Shown here piece after piece: positions 35,780 to 37,312 of a stretch of 37,312 nt of DNA. The translations under genes and the position numbers were made by a program. The stretch lies in contig NC_068988.1 of assembly GCF_001194135.2 (NCBI RefSeq), positions 48,510,251-48,547,562 of the forward strand, given 5' to 3'. Numbering within the stretch: position 1 is the stretch's first letter; each line of letters opens with the position of its first letter. Source of the DNA: Octopus bimaculoides. Taxonomy: Eukaryota. Below the pieces are notes generated by a model. The model was given only the letters and a program-made list of their open reading frames with translations. It made no database searches and had not been told where the DNA came from.

Positions 35780-35945
35780 TTCCAGCGCAGAAGATGCACT
35801 GTTTGAAAACAGTTGTACACTGATATTCCATATAATATCTCTAAATATTACTCACTGAAAAATCTCTAATCTCATTCATCTCAGCACAACACTTCATACA
35901 CACCAATTCCATTTTGCCCCTTGTCTTAAAGACCAATGGTGAGAT
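35780..35945 (-). mobile_element. Possible LINE RT relic
   Basis: GGTCTTTAAGACAAGGGG (GLRQG-like) lies about 145 bp upstream of a degraded LL.ADD.VLI-like stretch; weak. Confidence 0.3.
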
Positions 35946-36511
35946 CGCTCTCAATTTCAACGGATAAAGATCCCCTTCTAAAAAAGCCGATTCGTATTTC
36001 TGAAGGCAATATACGCGGCATCAAAGTAGTCTACGATAACATTTAAACGAAAATTACAAATATTATGCACCCTTTGTCATTGGGGAAAAATTATTCTGGT
36101 CACATTTCAAACGACAGTAAATCCCAAATTTCAAATCAAAAATTTCTAAGCTTAAGACTTATACAGTATTATGCAGAATTTGTTCTTTATAGCTACTGAT
36201 TAGTGTGTGTAATTTCCTATTACCTATAGTAGTCTCGTCATATTCGACCGGATTAATGAGAATTGCTCTACCTTTGTGCTTTAATAACATACGTTATTAA
36301 TCTATCTCTCTATATATATATATAATTTATCTCTCTAGTGTATTTTAGATATGAGGAACACCGGGTCATGATGAGATGAATCAGCAATTATTCCTTTCTT
36401 TCTCTCCAACCCTCTCTCCCTCTCTCTCTATCTCTCTCTTTCTCTATCTTTCTCTATCTATCTATCTCTATCTTTCTATACAAACACACACACACACACA
36501 CACATATATAT

Positions 36512-36557
36512 ATGGCCATAGTCAAATGACTGAAACAAGTAAAAGAATAAAAGAATA
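36512..36557 (+). mobile_element. Isolated SINE 3' tail
   Basis: ATGGCCATAGTCAAATGACTGAAACAAGTAAAAGAATAAAAGAATA closely matches the tail at ~6549-6600. Confidence 0.85.
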
Positions 36558-36576
36558 TATCAATATATATATGTAT

Positions 36577-36630
<54 letters not shown>

Positions 36631-37099
36631 GCACACCTACACACACACGCTCTCCTTCTCTCTCTGTATTTTTATTTATTCATATATATATATATGAATG
36701 TATACATCTATATACATAAGTATATGTGTGTGTGTGTGCGTGCATGTGTGTGTAAGTATATAGATAGATTGAGAGATATATACAGACTTTGCATACACTC
36801 TTTACAATAAATAAATATTACATTAATCAGTATATAGTATATTATATGAAAGAAAAACAATTAATCTAAATTGTTAATTAATTCTCAAGTTAGTTTAGAT
36901 GCAAGCAAAGTGAATTTAATCAGTAACATTAAACGTCGAAATGATTTCCTTAGATTACGACTTAATGAGCAAGAATAATTCGAGACAGTCTGTAAATAAA
37001 GAGTCACACATCTACACAAACTCAGGCATGCGCATACACACAGTAACACACGTAGAGAGACAATATTTGTGTTTGTTTAGACGCATGTATGTATGTATA

Positions 37100-37131
<32 letters not shown>

Positions 37132-37280
37132 GATAGATAGATATAGATACAGATATATATACATATATATGTGTGTGTGTGGGCTTATATAGATATTTAT
37201 ATATGGAGAGAGATAGGGGGAGAGGGGAGAGAGCGCCTCATACACACACTGATACGCACAGACAGGCAGACAGACAGACA

Positions 37281-37312
<32 letters not shown>

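Noticed and set aside
734-37281. Long ORFs in the track rich in X, HT, YI, CV, LS, ER or poly-P/L/Y/D
   Set aside because: They are translations of N-gaps and di-, tri- or tetranucleotide microsatellites.

Overview
AT-rich eukaryotic scaffold segment with 8 N-gaps, dense microsatellites and layered transposon relics. The SINE families and simple-repeat load suggest a coleoid cephalopod, most likely Octopus (inference from recalled family sequences, not a database search). I found no intact host gene, rRNA, true tRNA or CRISPR array. Recognisable content: a dead full-length mariner transposase (7126-8150, +); a dead Chapaev3-like (CMC) transposase (21777-23120, -); several very old LINE ORF2 relics (RTE-like); four copies of a ~210-bp mariner-derived MITE; about a dozen tRNA-derived SINE copies from three families; and a ~400-bp near-perfect foldback element (33854-34255). 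A probable Penelope-like terminus carries a minimal hammerhead-ribozyme-like motif with a non-canonical core (313-349, -). A tempting minus-strand spliced gene with only TGA stops was examined and rejected as a protein gene because its exons are LINE relics. Most listed ORFs are microsatellite or N-gap artefacts. All motif matches and identities were estimated by eye.
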